Source: Candidatus Caldarchaeum sp. (GTDB taxonomy: Archaea > Thermoproteota > Nitrososphaeria_A > Caldarchaeales > Caldarchaeaceae). From it: a stretch of 64,000 nucleotides of DNA. Positions within the stretch are counted from its first letter, which is position 1, and every line of letters begins with the position of its first letter. Below are positions 29,229 through 37,950 of the stretch, piece after piece. The notes beneath the pieces are model-generated. The model ran no database searches. It saw only the letters and a list, made by a program, of their open reading frames with translations, and was not told where the DNA came from. The translations under genes were made by a program, and so were the position numbers. The stretch lies in assembly GCA_038831915.1 (NCBI GenBank), contig JAWBKB010000003.1:68662-132661 (forward strand), read 5' to 3'.

Positions 29229-30611
29229 AGAGCCACATTTCGCTCGGTGTCAGCCCCTTCTCTTTCATCCATCGCCTCACCAGTTCGAGGTTTTCGACAC
29301 GTTTGACAACGCTGCCCTCAGGCGTCCTCTCGACCAACAGCAAATTTTCCAAACCCGCGACATCTACGACGACGGGCGAATGTGTAGCAATCAAGCACTG
29401 AACGCCGGAGTTTTTCAGCTCATTCACAACATATTCTAGAATTTCGCTGTGGAGAGAGTTTTCTATCTCGTCTATGCAGAGTATCGAAGGCTTGCTCTCT
29501 AGTGCTGTTAAGATGTGGAGAACCTTGTAGAATCCGTCGGGCAAGCTTGGCGAATGTATCTTAGCACCATAAAGCCGATCTCTTACAGAAGGAAAAACAC
29601 GACCATCGGATGTCAGCTCAATTTTCAGCACAAAATCAGGAAAAAGATTTTTCAAAGCATTCTCGATCCTCTCAGGCAAAACACCCGACAGAAACATCCG
29701 AGCAATCTGTGCGTTAAGTGTTTCACCTCTCTCAGATATGGTATGTGAAACGACCAAAATACTTGGTTCCCGCACCTTCCCCAAGTCAGGGTGGCGGATC
29801 AACAAGACTCTATTGAAAAATAGCCTTAAACTACTGATAACATATTGCAGCATGGACGTCCTTTCCCTTTTAAAGTAAGGGTTAATGAGCTTGATTCTTC
29901 CAAGACGAGGTTTCTCTCCTTCAAGAGTGAAGATTTATTATTACGCTAGTTAATGCAATCTTTCCGTCTACCTCGCTGTCGGTGATGATCAAGGACGGCG
30001 AAAATATTTCGGAAAATTAACGTATCGGCAAAATAGTGACAGGTGTTTTGGAAAGGATATGGGTTTGTGTGTCCCTAGTTATGTCTTCGAGTTTCACCCC
30101 ATGTCTTCTTCGCTGAAGAATTTTTCTCGTGTGGTGTTCATGTGTTTTTCGATAAATCGTAATTCCCCAACAACTCGAAGAGTATCTCCTTCTCTGCTGA
30201 TTGTTGCAATTCCGTGTAGCTTGATCTTTTCCATGATGGGTTTTACAGTGCCTTCCGCGCTAGTGAAAACGACTTCATACGATGCAGTGTAGTTTTCTTG
30301 ACATTCGAATTCGAGCTCGAAAGTAATGGGTTTTGTTTCATCATTGCCGTAAACGATGTTTTTGTATGACCACCATTCGAGATGAGGGATGTAAGGTGAT
30401 GTAATTTCGCCGACGGCCTTTTTTCAAGAATTTGAAAGCTTCTAAAAGACTTGTCTTGCCTGAGGCGTTGGGGGCCCACGAGAACGTTTAGCCCGGCGTA
30501 CAGCTCAACTACCGTGTCTTTGAGAGATTTCCAGTTCTGTAGTCGTATCATCCTAGGCTTCATCTGTTCTACGCCCAAACATGGCCCCGATGGATATAAG
30601 TGTTGGCACAA
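29164..30611 (-). pseudogene. AAA/ABC-type ATPase (AAA_21/RloA/OLD-like) disrupted by multiple frameshifts and a stop
   Basis: Intact C-terminal 229 codons carry Walker B LCIDEIENSLH and H-loop LIATHSP. The N-terminal part reads MIRLQNW...LNVLVGP, then a frame change at a G5/C5 run (about 30470) gives NASGKTSLLEAFKFLKK (Walker A). A second change at a T6/A6 run (about 30419-30424) gives AVGEITSPYIPHLEWWSYK...EEDMG*. The ~390 nt between has stops in all frames. Confidence 0.6.
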
Positions 30612-30638
30612 TTAGGACTCGTGGAATTCGTGCATAAA

Positions 30639-30932
30639 CTATTCGTATTCCTCAGGTTTTGAATCGCCGCGGCGTGTTAATAGGCTCAGAGCTATGAAGA
30701 TTGACAGGGCTGTCAGAAGCGATCCCGTGCCTATTGTGACGAAAAGCTGTGGGTCTTTCTCGGCTGCAGTATCGACATGTAGGTATATTTCAGGGGTCGC
30801 TGCACGAGCTGATTCAGCACTTTTTCTAGGCTCGTTAACGTATATTCCTCCGAATAAAAACAACGCAGTCATCACACCCAACAAGACAGGCGTAAACCGC
30901 TTCAACATCAAAACCCTTTCAAACCTCCTCAT
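30639..30932 (-). CDS. small membrane protein (hypothetical)
   Basis: 97 aa with two hydrophobic helices. Confidence 0.35.
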   Translation of the reverse strand: MRRFERVLMLKRFTPVLLGVMTALFLFGGIYVNEPRKSAESARAATPEIYLHVDTAAEKDPQLFVTIGTGSLLTALSIFIALSLLTRRGDSKPEEYE

Positions 30933-30956
30933 AAGTCCATGTTGTAGAACACAGGG

Positions 30957-31484
30957 TTACCATGGTTTTTTGCGCCATGTTCGCACGGCTTCATAGATGG
31001 TTGCAGCCGAGGAGATGACTCCGAGCGTGAGTACGTAGGGGTCGGGTGAGGAGAAATGGGTGGTTAGGTAGAGGATGGTGAAGGTTGTGAAGAACGCGGC
31101 GTAGAAAGCCATTCGTGGAAGAAGTCTTCGGCCAACCATGACGAATGACTGGAAAAATGAGATGTCGATTTTTTCAATGGCGGTGTATGCTCCTTTTTCG
31201 TCTTTGGTCAACACACCGAGGGAATGCAGTTTTTCGAGATGATGATGCGCCACGCTTGGGCTTGAAAGGCCCAGCCCACGTTGAACATCCCTTACCCCGA
31301 CCGGTTTGCCAGCCCGCAGCACGAATAAAAACACGTCAAGACTTCTGCCCCGAAGCTCCGCCTCCAACCGCTTCCTATCCCCAGACAACCCGCTGAAAAC
31401 AAGAAACCAAACCATAAAAACCATGCACAGCGGAAAACGATGTATAATAAGCCGGGCAACCCATCGCAGACATGGCCGCCGCAA
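30957..31484 (-). CDS. membrane-anchored winged-helix (ArsR/PadR-like) transcriptional regulator
   Basis: wHTH segment DVFLFVLRAGKPVGVRDVQRGLGLSSPSVAHHHLEKLHSLGVL followed by two C-terminal TM helices. Confidence 0.5.
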   Translation of the reverse strand: MRRPCLRWVARLIIHRFPLCMVFMVWFLVFSGLSGDRKRLEAELRGRSLDVFLFVLRAGKPVGVRDVQRGLGLSSPSVAHHHLEKLHSLGVLTKDEKGAYTAIEKIDISFFQSFVMVGRRLLPRMAFYAAFFTTFTILYLTTHFSSPDPYVLTLGVISSAATIYEAVRTWRKKPW

Positions 31485-31690
31485 AGTTTCTAGGCTATTT
31501 TCTGATGGGCTTCGCGGTTCTGGGAGCTTTTTTCTACACCGCGTGGTGGGCGGGGTTCATCAATTTTCTCAACCCAGACGACGCAGTCCGACTAACAGCC
31601 CTACTCGTCACGCTCGCAGTATTCCTCGCGGTCGGATTCATCGGATACGTAACAGCCACAACCAAGCCACCCAAACCCATCAGCCGATAA
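31472..31690 (+). CDS. small two-TM membrane peptide (72 aa), hypothetical
   Basis: MAAAKFLGYFLMGFAVLGAFFYTAWWAGF...LLVTLAVFLAVGFIGYV. Lies in the gap between the regulator and the tRNA. Confidence 0.3.
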   Translation: MAAAKFLGYFLMGFAVLGAFFYTAWWAGFINFLNPDDAVRLTALLVTLAVFLAVGFIGYVTATTKPPKPISR

Positions 31691-31724
31691 CATCATAAAC
31701 ACCCTCAACAACCATTTAAACGGA

Positions 31725-31796
31725 GCCGGGGTGGCCGAGCAGCGAGGCGGCGGCCTGCAGAGCCGCTCTACAGGGGTGCAAATCCCCTCCCCGGCT
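31725..31796 (+). tRNA. tRNA-Cys (anticodon GCA), no encoded CCA
   Basis: Cloverleaf read by eye. Acceptor GCCGGGG/CCCCGGC (7 bp) with discriminator U. Anticodon stem GCGGC/GCCGC with loop CUGCAGA (GCA). 5-nt variable loop. T-stem AGGGG/CCCCU with loop UGCAAAU. Confidence 0.7.
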
Positions 31797-31977
31797 TTAA
31801 CGGAGCGCTTTGGATTTGTGCCGGCACATTTCGATTGTTCATAAAACGTATCATCTGCTAATTCGTTGATTAGCGGGGTATGCAGATAGCCTTTGTTAGG
31901 GATCCCGAGCAACATGAGCTATTGCAGATGCCTCGATGGGGTAAGACGACTTCACGAATTTTACAGATTATCAAAGA

Positions 31978-33057
31978 ATGTGGAAAAAAAAGCGGCTTGC
32001 AGAATTGACAGGCTATAGCATGGCAACTATCAACGCTCAGATAAGCATTCTTAAACGAGCACAACTAATTAGTTACGTGCACGACACATCCCACAGCGAC
32101 TTTCATCAGGTAAATCCTGAAATCGCTGAAGCTAGGCCAAAAATTAAAATGCGAGAGATTACTTGGGAAGAATACCGCGAATACGTTGAGAAGAACAAGT
32201 TTGTGCAGGTTGAAGACGTTAAAATCGAAGTTGGGAAAACGCATCGGATAACTTCTTACGGCCCGCCGCCGGGCTACGGCCTTGAAACGACGACTGTGTG
32301 GAGTTTTCCTAATAGAGGTGATTGGGCGACACATTCCGGTGATTACCGCGGCAACTGGAGCCCTTACATTCCGAGGAATCTGATTTTGAAATACACGAAG
32401 CCGGGCGATTGGGTTCTTGATCAAATGGTCGGGTCAGGGACGACTCTGATCGAGGCAAAATTATTGGGCCGTAACGCGACAGGTGTGGACATCAACTATG
32501 AGGCGTGCATCCTTGCCATGGATAGGATTAATTTTAGCTACCAACCTTTGGACATGGAGAAACCTACGGAAATTCGTGTTTACCATGGAGACGCCGCGAA
32601 TCTTGATGCAATAGAGAACAACACCATAGACCTTATCGCCACGCACCCGCCCTATTGGAATATAATTCCCTATGCACGACATTTGGTAGAGGAGGACCTG
32701 TCTGGGATGCGTGATTTGAATAATTATTTACTTAAAATGAAGCAAATCGCGCTTGAGTCTTTTAGGGTTTTGAAACCGGGACATTATTGTGCAATTCTCA
32801 TCGGAGATACACGCAAACACAAGCATTATGTTCCCATCTCCGCAAAAGTGTTGAAAACTTTTCTCGAAGCCGGCTTCATACTTGCTGACGACATCATAAA
32901 GCTCCAGCACAAAATGAAGACAACACGCGAGAAATGGCGAGCACAAAGTTTCGAAGCATATGGCTTCCACAAAATAGCCCACGAACATCTATACATTTTC
33001 CGCAAACCATCAACTGAAACAGAATATTCTAAACTTAGGCTGAGCACATGGACGTGA
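31978..33057 (+). CDS. SAM-dependent methyltransferase (Rossmann fold: motif I VLDQMVGSGTTLIEA, motif IV ATHPPYW) with N-terminal HTH-like segment. Candidate DNA modification methylase.
   Basis: Motif I precedes the (D/N/S/T)PPY-like motif by about 85 aa. N-terminal LAELTGYSMATINAQISILKRAQLI looks like a helix-turn-helix. The gene is lower in GC than its flanks and sits 180 nt downstream of tRNA-Cys. Confidence 0.6.
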   Translation: MWKKKRLAELTGYSMATINAQISILKRAQLISYVHDTSHSDFHQVNPEIAEARPKIKMREITWEEYREYVEKNKFVQVEDVKIEVGKTHRITSYGPPPGYGLETTTVWSFPNRGDWATHSGDYRGNWSPYIPRNLILKYTKPGDWVLDQMVGSGTTLIEAKLLGRNATGVDINYEACILAMDRINFSYQPLDMEKPTEIRVYHGDAANLDAIENNTIDLIATHPPYWNIIPYARHLVEEDLSGMRDLNNYLLKMKQIALESFRVLKPGHYCAILIGDTRKHKHYVPISAKVLKTFLEAGFILADDIIKLQHKMKTTREKWRAQSFEAYGFHKIAHEHLYIFRKPSTETEYSKLRLSTWT

Positions 33058-33665
33058 CAGAACGGGATGAATTCAGTGTCGGTAGCTATTTTGGGTCAGG
33101 CAGCCGACGGAAGAAAATACTCGACGTCGTCAGGCTGAGCAACGGTTGGATTCTCTTGAAAACTGAGAATAGCAAATCTGCCAAGGATTTTAAAGTCAGA
33201 ACCGTTTATCAAACTTATCCACGGATAAGGTCATACACTCCTAAACACGCTCATTTTGCGATAGATTTTTACGGTAAAATTTGTTCTAACCAGTCGTTAG
33301 CGTTTCGTCTTCTGGAATGCATCCTACAAGTTTGGTCTCGAAAGGCATCCCCTCAGCGAGTAATCGATGAAAATCAAAATGTTTTAGCTACTCTTCCAGG
33401 ATACAGCTTGGAATACATCGTCTATGCTTTGGACTGGATATTTGACCAGGAGGACGTCAATTTCACCGGAAGGCCTGCCAAAAAGCAGAAAGAAATTGAA
33501 GACAAACTCATGTCCCTTAGAATTCCGATTCTTACGAACAGATTGGGAAGTCAGCTGGCTTTATCCTTGTTCTGCGACATTGCGTTGGGAACTCATCCCG
33601 TTGAAGCTTTGCTCCGAGCAAACTTGGACATCCTCCCGGCAAAGAAAGGACGTGGAACCAAGTAA
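33048..33665 (+). CDS. hypothetical protein translationally coupled to the methyltransferase (candidate restriction/effector partner)
   Basis: 205-aa ORF whose start overlaps the MTase stop by 10 nt. Lower GC like the MTase. No family recognised by eye. Confidence 0.45.
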   Translation: MDVTERDEFSVGSYFGSGSRRKKILDVVRLSNGWILLKTENSKSAKDFKVRTVYQTYPRIRSYTPKHAHFAIDFYGKICSNQSLAFRLLECILQVWSRKASPQRVIDENQNVLATLPGYSLEYIVYALDWIFDQEDVNFTGRPAKKQKEIEDKLMSLRIPILTNRLGSQLALSLFCDIALGTHPVEALLRANLDILPAKKGRGTK

Positions 33666-33749
33666 ATCACATATGACAACGCGCATGTTTTCCTACGTAA
33701 TTCTTTAAAAAGTGTTAAGACTTGCAGTTGAAACTAAATTGGTTCATTT

Positions 33750-33766
33750 ATGCAACAATGTTGCAT
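33750..33766. promoter_or_regulatory. 17-bp perfect palindrome ATGCAACAATGTTGCAT followed by T-rich tract (terminator or operator candidate)
   Basis: 8-1-8 inverted repeat in the AT-rich spacer between the MTase operon end and the next gene, followed by gttttgtttatatttttg. Confidence 0.3.
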
Positions 33767-33811
33767 GTTTTGTTTATATTTTTGTGTGCTGTTTGATGTA
33801 TTGATGTAGGG

Positions 33812-35242
33812 TTGAGTGGTCAGAAGAATATTGTTCTTGGGTTAAATCTATTGATGTTCATCGCGGGCTTGGTTGCGATGGGTTCGGGGACTTTGGTGGG
33901 CATGATGGGGATTTGGGGGGCCGCGGCGTGGGGAAAGCCTGTGCCGGAATGGGAGAAAGTCGGACACGCCCATTCATCGTGGTGGGGAATCCTCATCATG
34001 ATAGCGGCCCTCGTTCTGCCCAGCCTGAGCCTCAAGCCGTGGGCGAAGAAACTCATCATCGCCGGCACCTTCATAGGCCCAACCGCGTGGATAGGAGTGC
34101 TCGCAACCTACTACGAAATCGGAGGCCCGGCGCTTTGGCGGCTTGAAGCACCGACCGCTCCCGGCACCTACTACGAACTTCCAGTGATAGGTTTGGCTGC
34201 TTCGGCTTTCGAGTTTCTCGGCTTTGTGGCGTTGGGCGTCGTCGCTTTATCAGCCGCTGGCGTAAACATTCCATTCATTTCGTCAAGCCAGCCACCGGAA
34301 AAATCACGGTTCGAATTTCTCAGCAACATCGAAGTTCCGCGGCGAATCTTCCTCGTCCCAACGCTGTCGATAATATTCGCTGTCCTCGCGGGCTTCACGT
34401 TGACGGCCCTTTTCAAAGCATTCCACCAACCAGTATCTCCCGCCGCCTTGGTTCAGCTTCACGACCATCCAGCGCTGTTCGCCGCCAGCTCCATCCTCAT
34501 CCTACTGATGATGCATCTCTTCGATGTCCGTGAAAGAATAAGAATCATCGCAATACGGTTGATGGAGATTAGTCTTCCGCTCATCGTGGTCGGGCTTCTG
34601 CTTTTCAACTTCCTACGTCTGCCGAGCGTTGTGTGGGTCGCCCCCGCCGGCATATACTACCTACTTCTTTTACTCGCCATTCCAGCGTCCTTGGGAGTTT
34701 ATTCTAGTCGAGCAAACGCCTCTTCGAATCCGGCTTTTCCAGCTTTTCGCATCGCCGCTGCCGTAGTTCTCGTTGGTCTGGCGATTCTGATCGCAACAGG
34801 CGCCTACATCGCAGTCACTTGGAACTCTTCCCCCGAAGTAACTGTTACGTATAAACAGCCGGAGAACAGTCCTTATCCAGGGCCTTATCCAGCCGTCTAC
34901 ATCGGCACAGCACCTGTTAGAAACACGCCGAGAGGCCTGGAAAACGCCCATCTCAGCCCCGGCAGCTGGTATCACGGCGCCATCGTCTGGCTGCTCGTCC
35001 TCACCGTTTTTGGCACTGTTTTGTTTGGAGCGAACAGGCCTGGGTTGCTGTATTTGTTCGCATTTACGATTCCGCTGGCTCCGACGTTCAACATGCTCGG
35101 CCGTTATTTGGCGTGGCTCGGCATCCCCAACGGCATCGGCGCGCTCTGGTTCGCAGGCCATCCGCTTAAAGGATTCAACCTCATCAGCCTATTCATAGTC
35201 GCGGTCGCAGTAGCCGTCATCCTCTACACGAAAAAACCCTAA
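33812..35242 (+). CDS. large polytopic membrane protein (hypothetical, about 12 TM)
   Basis: 476 aa, hydrophobic throughout. No family recognised. Confidence 0.5.
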   Translation: MSGQKNIVLGLNLLMFIAGLVAMGSGTLVGMMGIWGAAAWGKPVPEWEKVGHAHSSWWGILIMIAALVLPSLSLKPWAKKLIIAGTFIGPTAWIGVLATYYEIGGPALWRLEAPTAPGTYYELPVIGLAASAFEFLGFVALGVVALSAAGVNIPFISSSQPPEKSRFEFLSNIEVPRRIFLVPTLSIIFAVLAGFTLTALFKAFHQPVSPAALVQLHDHPALFAASSILILLMMHLFDVRERIRIIAIRLMEISLPLIVVGLLLFNFLRLPSVVWVAPAGIYYLLLLLAIPASLGVYSSRANASSNPAFPAFRIAAAVVLVGLAILIATGAYIAVTWNSSPEVTVTYKQPENSPYPGPYPAVYIGTAPVRNTPRGLENAHLSPGSWYHGAIVWLLVLTVFGTVLFGANRPGLLYLFAFTIPLAPTFNMLGRYLAWLGIPNGIGALWFAGHPLKGFNLISLFIVAVAVAVILYTKKP

Positions 35243-35341
35243 CCTTTTTTCTGCTTATTTATGTTGGCAATTTATAGAATAGTTATTATGTTTTTGTAAC
35301 TGTTATATGTGACTGTAATGTAAATATTATCGATAAGGAAA

Positions 35342-37165
35342 ATGGTTTCAGCCCATGGCTATGCGAACTGTATCGCTTGGGTTGATTTAACCAACAAGAA
35401 AATCGAATACCGTGAAGTCGATGAAGAAGATGCGAGGAAGTTCATCGGCGGCAGAGGTCTGGGTGGAAGAATTATTTTGAAGAACGAGGTTGGGAAAGAC
35501 CCTCTCGCCCCTAAAAAGGTCATCGCGGTTTTGAACGGCCTGCTCACGGGAACAACCGTGCCGATGAGCGGAAGAATCGTCGCGGTTGCACGTTCACCTC
35601 TCACTGGTGTATTTGCGGACACTCACGCCGGCGGATGGGCCGGCGCAGCTATGAAATGGGCCGAGTTCGACGCCGTGGTCATGCATGGTGCAAGCGACCA
35701 GCCCGTGTACCTGCTTGTGAAAAACGAGACGGTTTCGATCGAGCCTGCAGATGGGCTGTGGGGTAAAACACCTGAGGAAGCATATCATCTGCTTGTGCAG
35801 AAATACGGAAAAGCTGTTCAGTTCTATGGAATAGGACCTGCTGGAGAAAACCTCGTTAAATTCGCAAACCTTATGCATTTTGGAGAAGGCGCGCTGGGAA
35901 GGGCATCCGGCCGAACAGGATTAGGAGCTGTATTTGGCTCGAAGAAAGTCAAGGCCCTCGTAATAATCGGCGACGAAAAAACATGCCCAAGCCCGCCAAC
36001 CCCGAAGAATACGAAAGAATCCGTGCGTTGAAGAACATTCTCGACAGCGCTGTGACAGGTCCGAGGAAAGGCGGATTATCTGTTTACGGAACAGCTGTTC
36101 TGGTGAACGTGGTCAACTAAATCGGAGCATGGCCGACCCGCAACGCCAAAGACACTCAGTTCGAATTCGCCTACTATCTTTCAGGTGAAAACTTGCGGAG
36201 CACGATTTTGAAGGAAACACCAACGTGCCACCCCTGTCCCGTCGCGTGCAAACGTGAAGTCGAAGTGTATGACGGCAAGCTGAAACACAAATCCGAAGGC
36301 CCTGAATTCGAAAGCATCTGGGCCCTCAGAGCTATGATAGGTCTGGGTCACATCGAAGCCGTTTCATACCTCAACTATCTCGCAAACCTCTACGGCTTAC
36401 ACAATCGAGCTCGGCAACACACTGGCCGTCGCAGCCGAAGCGAACGAAAAAGGACTTCTCAAAGACGGTGTGAAATGGGGAGACGTCGACCGCTTCGCTG
36501 AACTTGTCAAACAAATTGCCCACCGTGAAGGCGAGCTGGGAAACATTCTCGCAGAAGGAGGTACGAAAGCCGCGAAGCTGTTAGGCGACCCAGACCTTTC
36601 CATGTCCGTGAAAGGAATGAGCATCCCCGCATACGACCCTCGCGGCCTCAAAGGATTCGCTCTCGCTTACAGCGTTTCGCCACGTGGTGTATGCCATCTT
36701 CGAGCCTACACACCGGCTTCGGAAATACTCGGCATCCCCTACAAAACAGACCCCCTCGCAACAGAAGGAAAAGTCGACCTTGTCATGGTTCTCGAAAGAT
36801 TGTTCGCTTTCAGCGACAGCCTCCACATGTGCAAATTCAGCAGCTTCGCCCTCGGGCCCGAAGACTACGCCGACCTATTCGCAACATTCACAGGAATCGA
36901 AATGACGCTCGACGAATTGTTCAAAGTCGGCGAAAGAATCATCACACAAGAGAGATACTTCAACCAACTGCACCGAATAACAAGAAAAGACGACAGACTT
37001 CCCAAACGATTCATGAAAGAACTTGCTTCGAGCGGGCCATCAAAAGGCCACGTCATCGACGAAGCCACTTTGAACAGCCTACTCGACGAATACTACCGCA
37101 AACACGGATGGAACCCCGACGGAACAGTTCCAGCCGAAATACTACGTCAACTCGCCATAGCCTAA
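35342..37165 (+). pseudogene. aor: tungsten-containing aldehyde:ferredoxin oxidoreductase (AOR family) disrupted by two indels and an in-frame TAA
   Basis: Three ORFs (35342..36031, 36193..36501, 36470..37165) cover the AOR N-terminal, middle and C-terminal domains, with a total span of 608 codons. Lesions are a frame change in an A6 run at 35976-35981 (GDEK|NMPKPANPEEYERIRALKN...), TAA at 36118-36120 within ...LVNVVN*IGAWPTRN, and a 2-nt change in a CACA tract at about 36400 (NLYGL|DTIELGNTLAV...). Confidence 0.7.
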
Positions 37166-37185
37166 ACATCCCATTTTTCTTTTTT

Positions 37186-37950
37186 CTACGTCTTTCTCGA
37201 TGAACAAACCGGACATTTCGGGGATTTCGCAACCGGTAGCAGGAAAAATTCCAAATTCAACCCGTTGAAGACCAGAAGCTTTCCAACCAGAGGTTTGCCG
37301 GCACCCGTCATGATCTTAATCGTTTCCAACGCTTCGAGAGAGCCGATGGCACCTGGCACCGGCCCGACCACCGGAATAACTTCTTCAACCGTGGGAGTTT
37401 GAGGAATCAAACACCGCAGACAAGGCCCCTTACCCGGTATTATCGTCATCAGCCTCCCTTCAAACCCATACACCGCGGCATGAACAAACGGAACACCAGC
37501 CTGAACACATGCCTCGTTCAACAGAAACCTCGTCTCAAAATTATCCAGCCCATCAACAACCACGTCTACATCCTTCAACAGCTCAGATACATTATCTACC
37601 GACAACCTTAGTTGCAGGGCTTCCACGACAATTTCAGAGTTGATTGAACGGAGTCGACGCGCCGCTAAATCCACTTTCGAACAGCCCAAATCATGTTCCG
37701 AATAAGGCAGTTGACGGTTAAGATTGCTTAATTCGAGCACGCCGTCCTCGACGAGCCTAATACGGCCGACACCCGCCGCGGCCAAATACATCGCCGCAAC
37801 ACCACCCAGCCCTCCAACACCCACAACAAGCACCGTCGACCTCTTCAACCGAACTTGTCCGTCCACACCAATCTCGGGAACACGAAGCTGCCTGTCATAT
37901 CTTTCGAGCTCCCTACCGCTCAGCACACCAAAAAAGAACAAACACCTCAA
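37186..37950 (-). CDS. moeB: E1-like adenylyltransferase (MoeB/ThiF/TtuC family) with C-terminal CxxC...CxxC zinc motif
   Basis: ThiF Rossmann motif VLVVGVGGLGGVAAMYLAAAGVGRIRLVEDGVLELSNLNRQ. C-terminal CLRC...CPVC. Start abuts the stop of the MoaD-like gene. Confidence 0.75.
   Translation of the reverse strand: MRCLFFFGVLSGRELERYDRQLRVPEIGVDGQVRLKRSTVLVVGVGGLGGVAAMYLAAAGVGRIRLVEDGVLELSNLNRQLPYSEHDLGCSKVDLAARRLRSINSEIVVEALQLRLSVDNVSELLKDVDVVVDGLDNFETRFLLNEACVQAGVPFVHAAVYGFEGRLMTIIPGKGPCLRCLIPQTPTVEEVIPVVGPVPGAIGSLEALETIKIMTGAGKPLVGKLLVFNGLNLEFFLLPVAKSPKCPVCSSRKT

Noticed and set aside
31725-31796. tRNA on the minus strand or tRNA with long variable arm (Leu/Ser)
   Set aside because: The reverse complement does not fold into a cloverleaf. 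Length is 72 nt with a 5-nt variable loop, so class I. Anticodon loop gives GCA.
31860-31977. Direct TGCAGAT repeats upstream of the MTase as an operator
   Set aside because: Only two short imperfect copies. Too weak to call without more copies or conservation.
28782-33665. Complete functional restriction-modification or ATPase-nuclease defence system
   Set aside because: The ATPase component is clearly broken. The MTase partner has no recognisable nuclease motifs by eye. Reported as candidates only, not as a functional system.
36691-37203. 170-aa Arg/Pro-rich ORF overlapping the AOR C-terminal segment
   Set aside because: Alternative frame of the AOR gene. Composition typical of a shadow ORF.
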